A DNA stretch of 64,000 nucleotides from Alphaproteobacteria bacterium. Its GTDB lineage: Bacteria; Pseudomonadota; Alphaproteobacteria; GCA-2731375. The stretch spans positions 5,408,001 through 5,472,000 of the forward strand of contig CBDDPY010000002.1 in the NCBI GenBank assembly GCA_965232515.1, given 5' to 3'. The translations under genes and the position numbers were made by a program. Each line of letters opens with the position of its first letter. Position 1 is the stretch's first letter. Under the pieces are notes generated by a model that did no database searches, was not told where the DNA came from, and was given only the letters and a program-made list of their open reading frames with translations. Below, piece after piece: positions 36,200 to 47,793 of the stretch.

Positions 36200-36214
36200 T
36201 TACCGGCGGTTTAA
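36200..36214 (-). promoter_or_regulatory. CtrA-like box (TTAA-N7-GTAA on the - strand)
   Basis: TTACcggcggtTTAA about 70 bp upstream of the TPR/barrel gene. Confidence 0.45.
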
Positions 36215-36280
36215 CGCGGACTGTGGCATTGCTGCCGCGACCTCACCGGATCGTGACCGGGGAAGCAAATCCGCCATAGG

Positions 36281-36309
36281 TTGACGTTGACGTAAACGTA
36301 AAGTATATT
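36281..36309 (+). promoter_or_regulatory. sigma70 promoter overlapped by tandem LiuR-type operators
   Basis: TTGACG-N17-TATATT; overlapping TTGACGTTGACGTAAA (36281-36296) and TTGACGTAAACGTAAA (36287-36302). Confidence 0.8.
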
Positions 36310-36348
36310 CCGGATTGTTGGCGCGATGAAAAAAGCGAACGTCTGTCC

Positions 36349-36772
36349 ATGTCGATAACGCAGGCCCATCATATAGCGGCGCCGTCGAAGGCCGAAACCT
36401 ACACGATTACAGAGCTTTCCGAGGAATTCGGGATCACGCCGCGGACGATCCGGTTCTACGAGGACAAGGACCTGATCCGGCCCCGGCGCAACGGCATGAA
36501 CCGCGTTTACAGCCGCCGGGACCGGGCGCGGCTCTTGCTGATCCTGCGCGGCAAGCGGCTGGGCTTCAGCCTCGCCGACATCCGCGAAATGCTGGATCTC
36601 TATGACATCGGCGACGGTCAGGTCGAGCAGTTGCGCACCATGTTGCGCAAGAGCCGCGAGCGAATCGCCAGTTTGGAGGCGCAGCGCCGCGACATCGACG
36701 ACGCGATCTCCGAGTTGACCACCGGCTGCGGCCAGATCGAGGCCGTGCTGGTGCGCAAAGGGGTTCCGGTCG

Positions 36773-36783
<11 letters not shown>
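36349..36783 (+). CDS. liuR: MerR-family regulator, LiuR-like
   Basis: YTITELSEEFGITPRTIRFYEDK.L..P.R.G..RVYS.RDRARL.LILRGKRLGFSL.DI.E.LDLY; cognate ACGT-N2-ACGT site upstream. Confidence 0.85.
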
Positions 36784-40596
<3,813 letters not shown>

Positions 40597-40636
40597 GGCG
40601 CGCAACGAACACGGAAAACGAACGGAACCGAGAACG

Positions 40637-41773
40637 ATGAAAAACGTAGTGATCGCGGGCTATGCCCGCTCGCCCTTCACGCCCGCGAAAAGGGGCGAGC
40701 TGGCCCGTGTGCGGCCCGACGAGATGGCGGCCCAGGTGGTCAAAACCATGGTCGAGAGCAGTGGCGTCAACAAGGACGACATCGAAGACCTGATCATGGG
40801 CTGCGCCTTTCCGGAAGGCGAGCAGGGCCTGAACGTCGCCCGCATGGTCGGCTTCCTTGCCGGCCTGCCGCAGACCGTCGGCGGCACCACGGTGAACCGG
40901 TTCTGCGGTTCGTCCATGCAGTCCGTGCACATGGCGGCGGGCGCCATTCAGATGAATGCCGGTGAGGTATTCGTCTGCGCCGGCATCGAGTCGATGACCC
41001 GCATCCCCATGACCGGCTTCAACCCGATGCCGCACCCGGGTCTCTATCAGGAATACCCGCAGGCCTATATCTCCATGGGCATGACGGCCGAGAACCTGGC
41101 CAAGAAATACGACATCAGCCGCGACGCCCAGGAGCAGATGGCGATCGACAGCCACGCCAAGGCCGCGGCCGCCCAGGAGGCCGGCAAGTTCACGGATGAG
41201 ATCGTGCCGATCACCGACGGCAATGCGCGCATCGAATTGGACGGCTGCATCCGCCCCGGCACCGACAAGGCCAGCCTTGGCGGCCTGGACCCGGCTTTTG
41301 ACAAGGACGGTTCGGTCACGGCCGGCACCTCGTCGCCGCTGACCGACGGCGCCTCGGCGACGTTGGTCTGCTCGGAAGACTATGCCGACGCCAACGGCCT
41401 GAAAAAGCTGGCCCGCGTCAAGGGCATCGCGGTCGCCGGCTGCGCGCCCGAGATCATGGGCATCGGCCCGGTTCCGGCCACCAAGAAGGCGCTGGAGCGC
41501 GCCGGCCTGCAGATCGGCGACGTCGACGTGATCGAGCTGAACGAGGCCTTCTCGGCCCAGGCCATTGCCGTCATCCGCGAGTCCGGCATGGACGAAGCGA
41601 AGATCAACCTCGATGGCGGCGCGCTCGCCATGGGCCATCCGCTCGGCGCCACCGGCGCCCGCATCACCGGCAAGACCGCGGCGCTGCTGCAGCGCGAGGG
41701 CAAGCAATTCGGCCTGGCGACGCAGTGCATCGGCGGCGGCCAGGGTATCGCCACCGTGCTGGAGGCCTGCTGA
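40637..41773 (+). CDS. fadA: Acetyl-CoA C-acyltransferase (3-ketoacyl-CoA thiolase)
   Basis: VNRFCGSS, TAGTSSPLTDGA, NEAF, GHPLGATG, CIGGGQG. Confidence 0.93.
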   Translation: MKNVVIAGYARSPFTPAKRGELARVRPDEMAAQVVKTMVESSGVNKDDIEDLIMGCAFPEGEQGLNVARMVGFLAGLPQTVGGTTVNRFCGSSMQSVHMAAGAIQMNAGEVFVCAGIESMTRIPMTGFNPMPHPGLYQEYPQAYISMGMTAENLAKKYDISRDAQEQMAIDSHAKAAAAQEAGKFTDEIVPITDGNARIELDGCIRPGTDKASLGGLDPAFDKDGSVTAGTSSPLTDGASATLVCSEDYADANGLKKLARVKGIAVAGCAPEIMGIGPVPATKKALERAGLQIGDVDVIELNEAFSAQAIAVIRESGMDEAKINLDGGALAMGHPLGATGARITGKTAALLQREGKQFGLATQCIGGGQGIATVLEAC

Positions 41774-44112
41774 TGACCGAGATCAACAAGGTCGCCGTGC
41801 TCGGCGCCGGCGTCATGGGCAGCGGCATCGCCGCCCACGTCGCCAATGCCGGTGTGCCGGTCGTGCTGCTCGACATCGTGCCCGACGGCGCCAACGACCG
41901 CAGCATGCTCGCCAAGGGCGCGGTCGAGCGCATGCTGAAGCAGAAGCCGGCGCCGTTCATGCACAAGAAAAACGCCCGGCTGGTGACGCCCGGCAACCTG
42001 GAGGACGACCTTGACCAGCTGGCGGATGCCGACTGGATCGTCGAGGCCGTGCTCGAGGATCTCGACGTCAAGCACAAGGTCTATGGCGAGATCGAGAAGG
42101 TGCGGAAAGACGGCTCGATCGTCACGTCGAACACCTCGACGATCCCGCTGCAGGACCTGGTCGACGGCCTGCCGGAGCGTTTCGTGCAGGACTTCGCCGT
42201 CACCCACTTCTTCAATCCGCCGCGCTACATGCGGTTGTTGGAGCTGGTCGCGGGCGAGGCGACGCGGGCCGACGCGCTCGACGCGCTCAGCCGTTTCGGT
42301 GATGTGAAACTCGGCAAGGACGTCGTCGTCTGCAAGGACACGCCCGGCTTCATCGCCAACCGCATCGGCATCTATTGGAGCTACGTGGCGATGTCGGAGG
42401 CGATGCGCCTCGGCCTCACCGTTGAGGAGGCGGACTCCATCGTCGGCCGGCCCATGGGCATCCCGAAGACCGGCATCTTCGGCCTGGGCGACCTGACCGG
42501 CATCGATCTGGCGCCGCACGTCAACGCCAGCATGCTGCGGCTGTTGCCGGAGGACGACGCCTTCGTGCAGGCGTTCGACGCCGACGGGCCGCTGCCGGCG
42601 CTGATCGCCGACATGATCGAGAAGGGCCGCACCGGCCGCAAGGGCGGCGGCGGTTTCTATCGCCGCACCAAGGGTGCCGACGGCAAGTCCGTCAAGGAAG
42701 CGCTGGACCTGGAGACGCGGGAATACCGGTCGTCCGTGAAAGCGCGGCTGGACAGCGCCAGGGCAGGCAAGAAGGGTCTGCGGGCAGTGGCCGAGCATCC
42801 CGACAAGGGCGGTGACTATGCCTGGGCCGTGCTGTCGAAAGTGCTGAGCTACGCCGCTTCGCTGGTGCCCGAGATTTCCGACGATATCGTCGCCGTGGAT
42901 CGCGCCATGAAGGCGGGCTACGCCTGGAAATACGGGCCGTTCGAGCAGATCGACCAGCTCGGCACGAAGTGGTTCGCCGAGCGCCTGGCGGCGGACGGCC
43001 TGCCGGTGCCGGAACTGATCGCCAACGCCGGCGACCGGCCGCTCTACAAGCAGGACGACGGCAGCGCCTATCATCTGACCACGGCGGCCGACTATGCCGA
43101 GATCGCCGTGCCGGACGACGCCTGGAAACTTGCTGACAAGAAGCGCGGGCAGAAGCCCATCGCCCGCAACGGATCGGCCAGCATCTGGGATGTCGGCGAT
43201 GGCGTCGCCTGCCTCGAGCTTCACTCGAAGATGAATTCCATCGACGAGGGCACGGTGGCGATGATCGGCCAGGCCGCGAAGCTCGACAAAAAGGGCTACA
43301 AGGCGCTGATCATTGGCGGCGACTACGACAACTTCTCGGTCGGCGCCAATATCGGCGTCGCCCTGTTCGCCGCCAATGCCGCCATGTGGCCGGTGATCGA
43401 CCAGTCGGTCGGCGCCCTGCAGAGCGCGCTCATCGGTCTGAAATACGCGCCGTTCCCGGTGGTCAGCGCCGTCGCCGGCATGGCGCTCGGCGGCGGCTGC
43501 GAGATCGCGCTGCACTCGGACGCGGTGCAGGCGCATGGCGAAAGCTATATGGGCCTGGTCGAGGTCGGCGTCGGTGTGATTCCGGCCGGCGGCGGCACCA
43601 AGGAGCTGCTGGTCCGCTGCACCGCCAACAAGAAGCGACCCGGCGGCCCGATGCCGGCCGTGGCCCAGGCTTTCGAGACCATCAGCACGGCCAAGGTCGG
43701 CACCTCGGCGGCGGAATCGCGGGACCTCATGTTCCTGCGGCCGAGCGATGACGTGACCATGAACCGCGACCGGCTGCTGGCCGACGCCAAGGCCAAAGCA
43801 TTGGCGCTGGCCGACGGCTATCAGCCGCCGGAGAAGCCGGTGCTCAACCTGCCGGGCAAGACGGCCAAGGTGGCGATGCAGATGGCGGTCGAAGGCTTCG
43901 TGCACCAGGGCAAGGCGACGGCGCATGACGCTGTTGTGGCCGAACGGCTCGCCGGCGTGCTGTCTGGCGGCGACACCGATCTCCTGGACGAGGTCAGCGA
44001 GAAGGACCTGTTGAAGCTCGAGCGCGAGGCTTTCGTCGCGCTGATCAAGCAGACGCCGACGCTGGACCGGATCGAACACATGCTCGAGACCGGCCGGCCG
44101 TTGCGCAACTGA
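41773..44112 (+). CDS. 3-hydroxyacyl-CoA dehydrogenase / enoyl-CoA hydratase (FadN-type domain order)
   Basis: GAGVMGSGIA, EAVLE, SNTSTI, HFFNPPRYM, KDTPGFIANRIG; C-terminal ALGGGCE, GLVEVGVG.IPAGGG. Confidence 0.93.
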   Translation: MTEINKVAVLGAGVMGSGIAAHVANAGVPVVLLDIVPDGANDRSMLAKGAVERMLKQKPAPFMHKKNARLVTPGNLEDDLDQLADADWIVEAVLEDLDVKHKVYGEIEKVRKDGSIVTSNTSTIPLQDLVDGLPERFVQDFAVTHFFNPPRYMRLLELVAGEATRADALDALSRFGDVKLGKDVVVCKDTPGFIANRIGIYWSYVAMSEAMRLGLTVEEADSIVGRPMGIPKTGIFGLGDLTGIDLAPHVNASMLRLLPEDDAFVQAFDADGPLPALIADMIEKGRTGRKGGGGFYRRTKGADGKSVKEALDLETREYRSSVKARLDSARAGKKGLRAVAEHPDKGGDYAWAVLSKVLSYAASLVPEISDDIVAVDRAMKAGYAWKYGPFEQIDQLGTKWFAERLAADGLPVPELIANAGDRPLYKQDDGSAYHLTTAADYAEIAVPDDAWKLADKKRGQKPIARNGSASIWDVGDGVACLELHSKMNSIDEGTVAMIGQAAKLDKKGYKALIIGGDYDNFSVGANIGVALFAANAAMWPVIDQSVGALQSALIGLKYAPFPVVSAVAGMALGGGCEIALHSDAVQAHGESYMGLVEVGVGVIPAGGGTKELLVRCTANKKRPGGPMPAVAQAFETISTAKVGTSAAESRDLMFLRPSDDVTMNRDRLLADAKAKALALADGYQPPEKPVLNLPGKTAKVAMQMAVEGFVHQGKATAHDAVVAERLAGVLSGGDTDLLDEVSEKDLLKLEREAFVALIKQTPTLDRIEHMLETGRPLRN

Positions 44113-44129
44113 CGAGAGGGACGACCGAC

Positions 44130-45920
44130 ATGCCCACTTATGACGCGCCGGTGCGCGATTTCCGCTTCGTGCTGCACGATCTCTTGCAGATCGAGAAGTT
44201 CTCCAACATCCCCGGCTTCGAGGAGGCGACGCCCGATCTGGTCGACGCCATCCTGGAGGAGGGCGCCAAGCTGGTCGGCGAGGTCGTCGCGCCCCTGAAC
44301 CAGGTCGGCGACAGCGAAGGCTGCAAGCTGGAGGACGGCGTCGTCACCACGCCGACCGGCTTCAAGGAGGCCTATGCCACCTATTGCGAGGGCGGCTGGG
44401 GCGGCCTGACGGCCGATCCGGACTATGGCGGCCAGGGCCTGCCGCACGTGATCGGTATCGTCATGCAGGAGATGATGTCGGGCGCCAACATGGCCTTCGG
44501 CATGTATCCCGGCCTGACGCACGGCGCCTACGAGGCGATCCACAAGCACGGCACCGACGAGCAGAAGCAGACCTATCTGCCGAAGCTGGTCAGCGGCGAG
44601 TGGACCGGCACCATGAACCTGACCGAGCCGCATTGCGGTACAGACCTCGGGCTCATGCGCACCAAGGCCGAGCCGCAGGACGACGGCAGCTACCGCATCA
44701 CCGGCACCAAGATCTTCATCTCGGCCGGCGAGCACGACATGGCCGAGAACATCATCCATCTGGTGCTGGCCAAGATCCCCGGCGGCCCGGAAGGCGTGAA
44801 AGGCATCAGCCTGTTCATCGTGCCGAAGTTCCATGTGAACGACGACGGCACGCTCGGCGACCGCAACGGCGTCGTCTGCGGCTCGATCGAGCACAAGATG
44901 GGTATCCACGGCAACTCGACCTGCGTGATGAACTATGACGGCGCGGTCGGCTATCTTATCGGCGGCGCGCACCGGGGCTTGCGCGCCATGTTCACGATGA
45001 TGAACGCCGCCCGCCTCGGCGTCGGCATGCAAGGCCTCGGTGTGTCGGAGGCGGCCTACCAGAACGCCGCCATCTACGCGCGCGACCGCATCCAGGGTCG
45101 CTCGATCTCCGGCACCAAGGAGCCCGAGAAAGCCGCCGACCCGATCATCGTGCATCCTGACATCAGGCGCATGCTGATGACCATCCGCGCCTTCAACGAG
45201 GGCGCCCGGGCACTGGCGCTCTGGACCGGCCTCAAGCTCGACATGGCCGAGAAGCATCCCGACGATCGCGCCCGACGTGATGCCGAGGACCTGGTGGCGC
45301 TGATCACGCCGGTGATCAAGGCCTACCTGACCGACGCCGGCTACGAGTCGGCCAACATGGCCATGCAGTGCTATGGCGGCCACGGCTACATCCACGAATG
45401 GGGCATGGAGCAGTTCGTGCGCGACGCCCGCATCGCTCAGATCTACGAGGGCGCGAACGGTATCCAGGCGCTCGATCTGGTCGGCCGTAAGCTGCCCGAG
45501 CATATGGGCCGCTCTCTGCGGCAGTTCTGCCACCCGGTCGACGCCTTCATCCAGGAAAACCTGACCGACCCCGGCCTGAAGGACTTCGTCATGCCGCTCG
45601 CAAAGGCGTTTGCCCGCTTCCAGCAGGCGACCGCGCATGTGGCGCAGGCCGGCATGAAGAACCCCGACGAAGCCGGCGCGGCCTCGAGCGATTACCTGCG
45701 CATGTTCGCGCTGGTGGCGCTCGGCTTCATGTGGGCGCAGATCGCCAAGGTCGCGAACGAGAAGATCACGGCTGCCAACGGCGATGCCGGCTTCTACGAG
45801 AACAAGCTGAAGACAGCGCGCTTCTTCATGGCCCGCATGCTGCCCGACACGTCGAGCCTGCTGTCGAAGGTGACGTCGGGCGCCGAGACCATGATGGCGC
45901 TCGACGCCGACGCGTTCTGA
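44130..45920 (+). CDS. Acyl-CoA dehydrogenase (long, FadE5/DmdC-like)
   Basis: GTMNLTEPHCGTDLG, GTKIFIS, EHKMGIHG, MF.MMN.ARL, YGGHGYI.E, IYEGANGIQALDL. Confidence 0.93.
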   Translation: MPTYDAPVRDFRFVLHDLLQIEKFSNIPGFEEATPDLVDAILEEGAKLVGEVVAPLNQVGDSEGCKLEDGVVTTPTGFKEAYATYCEGGWGGLTADPDYGGQGLPHVIGIVMQEMMSGANMAFGMYPGLTHGAYEAIHKHGTDEQKQTYLPKLVSGEWTGTMNLTEPHCGTDLGLMRTKAEPQDDGSYRITGTKIFISAGEHDMAENIIHLVLAKIPGGPEGVKGISLFIVPKFHVNDDGTLGDRNGVVCGSIEHKMGIHGNSTCVMNYDGAVGYLIGGAHRGLRAMFTMMNAARLGVGMQGLGVSEAAYQNAAIYARDRIQGRSISGTKEPEKAADPIIVHPDIRRMLMTIRAFNEGARALALWTGLKLDMAEKHPDDRARRDAEDLVALITPVIKAYLTDAGYESANMAMQCYGGHGYIHEWGMEQFVRDARIAQIYEGANGIQALDLVGRKLPEHMGRSLRQFCHPVDAFIQENLTDPGLKDFVMPLAKAFARFQQATAHVAQAGMKNPDEAGAASSDYLRMFALVALGFMWAQIAKVANEKITAANGDAGFYENKLKTARFFMARMLPDTSSLLSKVTSGAETMMALDADAF

Positions 45921-45938
45921 GTTAGGGAGTACATCGTC

Positions 45939-47081
45939 ATGACCGTCATGCCGCGCACACTGTTCAGCGACGAGCATCAGATGTTTCGCGACCAGGTTCG
46001 GCGTTTCGCCGAGACCGAGATCGCGCCGCATCACGACGCGTGGGAGAAGGCCGGCCAGGTGCCGCGCGACGTCTGGCGCAAGGCCGGCGAGCTCGGCATG
46101 CTCTGCTCGTCGATGCCGGAGGAATATGGCGGCGGCGGCGTCGACCGGCTCTACAGCGTGATCGTCATGGAGGAGCTGGCCCGCGTCGGCGCCACCGGCC
46201 CCGGATTCGGCCTGCATTCCGAGATCGTCGCGCCCTACATCAACCGCTACGGCTCGGAAGACCAGAAGCGCGACTACCTGCCCAAGATGGCGCGCGGCGA
46301 GATCATCGGCGCCATCGCCATGACCGAGCCCGGCACCGGCAGCGACCTCCAGAGCGTGCGCACCTCGGCCCGCAAGGACGGCAACGAGCTGGTGGTGAAC
46401 GGCAGCAAAACCTTCATCACCAACGGCCAGAACGCCGATCTGGTGATCGTGGTCGCCAAGACCGATCCCGACAAGGGCGCCAAGGGCACCAGCCTGGTGC
46501 TGGTCGAGGCCGGCGCGGAAGGCTTCCGCAAGGGCCGCAACCTGGAAAAGATCGGCCTCAAGGCGCAGGACACGTCGGAACTCTTCTTCGATGACGTCCG
46601 CGTGCCGATGACCAACCTGCTGGGCGAGGAGAACCAGGGCTTCATCTACTTGATGCAGGAGCTCGCCTGGGAGCGTCTGCAGGTCGCCATCTCGGCCGTC
46701 AGCAACGCCGAAGCCGCGCTCGACTGGACAGTCGCCTACACCAAGGAGCGCAAGGCCTTCGGCAAGTCGATCGCCGACTTCCAGAACACCCGCTTCAAGC
46801 TGGCCGAGATCAAGACCGAGGTCACGGTCGCCCGGACGTTCGTCGACCGCTGCCTCGAGATGATGCAGGCGGATCAGCTCGACGCGGCGACCGCGGCCAT
46901 GGCGAAATACTGGTGCTCGGATCTGCAGTGCAAGGCGATCGACGAGTGCCTGCAACTTCACGGCGGCTATGGCTACATGTGGGAATATCCCATCGCCCGC
47001 GCCTGGGCCGACGCCCGCGTGCAGCGGATCTATGCGGGCACGAACGAGATCATGAAAGAAGTCATCGCCCGCACGCTTTAG
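45939..47081 (+). CDS. Acyl-CoA dehydrogenase (LCAD-like)
   Basis: AMTEPGTGSDLQ, GSKTFITNG, QDTSELFF, QLHGGYGYM.EY, IYAGTNEIMK. Confidence 0.93.
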   Translation: MTVMPRTLFSDEHQMFRDQVRRFAETEIAPHHDAWEKAGQVPRDVWRKAGELGMLCSSMPEEYGGGGVDRLYSVIVMEELARVGATGPGFGLHSEIVAPYINRYGSEDQKRDYLPKMARGEIIGAIAMTEPGTGSDLQSVRTSARKDGNELVVNGSKTFITNGQNADLVIVVAKTDPDKGAKGTSLVLVEAGAEGFRKGRNLEKIGLKAQDTSELFFDDVRVPMTNLLGEENQGFIYLMQELAWERLQVAISAVSNAEAALDWTVAYTKERKAFGKSIADFQNTRFKLAEIKTEVTVARTFVDRCLEMMQADQLDAATAAMAKYWCSDLQCKAIDECLQLHGGYGYMWEYPIARAWADARVQRIYAGTNEIMKEVIARTL

Positions 47082-47112
47082 CGACCGCCGGCTTGTCGAG
47101 GGGTCATAATCG

Positions 47113-47445
47113 GTGATTAACGAGCTGCGGATCTACGAGATCTTCAACGACAACAGTCCCGCCTTCCACGCGCGCTTCCGCGACCATGCCGCGCGGCTGA
47201 TGCGCGACCACGGCTTCAACATCCTGGCCATGTGGGAGACGCGCACCGACAAGCGCCTGGAATTCGTTTACCTGCTGGCCTGGCCCGACGAGGCCACACG
47301 CGACGCCGCCTGGGAAAAATTCATGGCTAACGACGAATGGGCCGCTATCAAGCGTGAAACCGCCGCCGAGCACGGCAGCATGGTCGGCGAGATCGAGGGC
47401 CGCATCCTGCGGCCGACGGACTATTCGGCGGCGTTGTCGGGTTAG
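47113..47445 (+). CDS. NIPSNAP family protein
   Basis: ELRIYE, HARFRDH, FVYLL.W.D, AWEKF..D.EW, L.PTDYS. Confidence 0.82.
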   Translation: MINELRIYEIFNDNSPAFHARFRDHAARLMRDHGFNILAMWETRTDKRLEFVYLLAWPDEATRDAAWEKFMANDEWAAIKRETAAEHGSMVGEIEGRILRPTDYSAALSG

Positions 47446-47469
47446 CTGATACCCTGATTAGACCGTTGT

Positions 47470-47539
47470 CGTCACCCTGGCGGAGGCCAGGGTCCATTTG
47501 CGACCGCTGCCGTGGATACTGGCCTTCGCCAGTATGACG
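47470..47539. repeat. CGTC-type REP doublet (inverted pair of 27-nt hairpin units)
   Basis: CGTCACCCTGGCGGAGGCCAGGGTCCA (47470-47496) and reverse-strand CGTCATACTGGCGAAGGCCAGTATCCA (47513-47539); each forms an 8-bp stem. Confidence 0.8.
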
Positions 47540-47554
47540 AGGGGTGTGGTGTCC

Positions 47555-47583
47555 TTGACACACTCCGCTCAATCCCCTATCTC
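47555..47583 (+). promoter_or_regulatory. sigma70 promoter of the leader-thrS transcript (probably leaderless)
   Basis: TTGACA (47555-47560)-N17-TATCTC (47578-47583); ATG at 47591 follows after 7 nt; no SD. Confidence 0.75.
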
Positions 47584-47590
47584 CCGCCAC

Positions 47591-47683
47591 ATGCACGTAT
47601 CGATCGCCATATCGGCTGTCACGACGCAGACGACGACCACGACGACCCGCACCGGCGGGCCGTGGCGGGATCGTGTGCGCTGA
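47591..47683 (+). CDS. Threonine-rich attenuator leader peptide (30 aa)
   Basis: MHVSIAISAVTTQTTTTTTRTGGPWRDRVR; 9 Thr codons (6 ACG, 3 ACC) within 11 codons; directly upstream of a terminator and thrS. Confidence 0.88.
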   Translation: MHVSIAISAVTTQTTTTTTRTGGPWRDRVR

Positions 47684-47710
47684 TCGAACGGCAGACATAA
47701 GCGAAACCCC

Positions 47711-47747
47711 AAGGCCCCGCCGGCGACGGACGGGGCCTTCGCTTTTT
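47711..47747 (+). terminator. Attenuator (intrinsic terminator)
   Basis: AAGGCCCCG-CCG-gcga-CGG-a-CGGGGCCTT followed by CGCTTTTT; 5' arm can alternatively pair with 47652-47661. Confidence 0.85.
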
Positions 47748-47793
47748 CGGCCTGTGCCCGGTCCGTCTCCGCCTTGCAGACATGGAGAATGAG

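Noticed and set aside
40597-40636. AACG/GAAC-rich spacer before the thiolase as a LexA box or repeat
   Set aside because: No GAAC-N7-GAAC spacing; more likely an unstructured purine-rich translation initiation region
43821-46961. 1046-aa ORF on the - strand and many other long antisense ORFs (41380-44079, 54500-56458, 38449-40119, 2087-3757)
   Set aside because: Shadow frames of well-supported genes; high GC3 removes stops on the opposite strand; no recognisable motifs
47621-47650. ACG/ACC trinucleotide run as a microsatellite or CRISPR-like repeat
   Set aside because: Explained as Thr codons of the leader peptide; no repeat-spacer structure and no cas genes
47582-47670. Perfect 9-bp pairing of TCCCGCCAC (47582-47590) with GTGGCGGGA (47662-47670)
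   Set aside because: The 5' strand lies upstream of the predicted +1, so it would not be in the main transcript; relevant only for read-through RNA
47498-47683. 61-aa version of the leader ORF from the ORF track
   Set aside because: Its TTG start lies inside the REP doublet upstream of the promoter; ATG 47591 fits the promoter geometry
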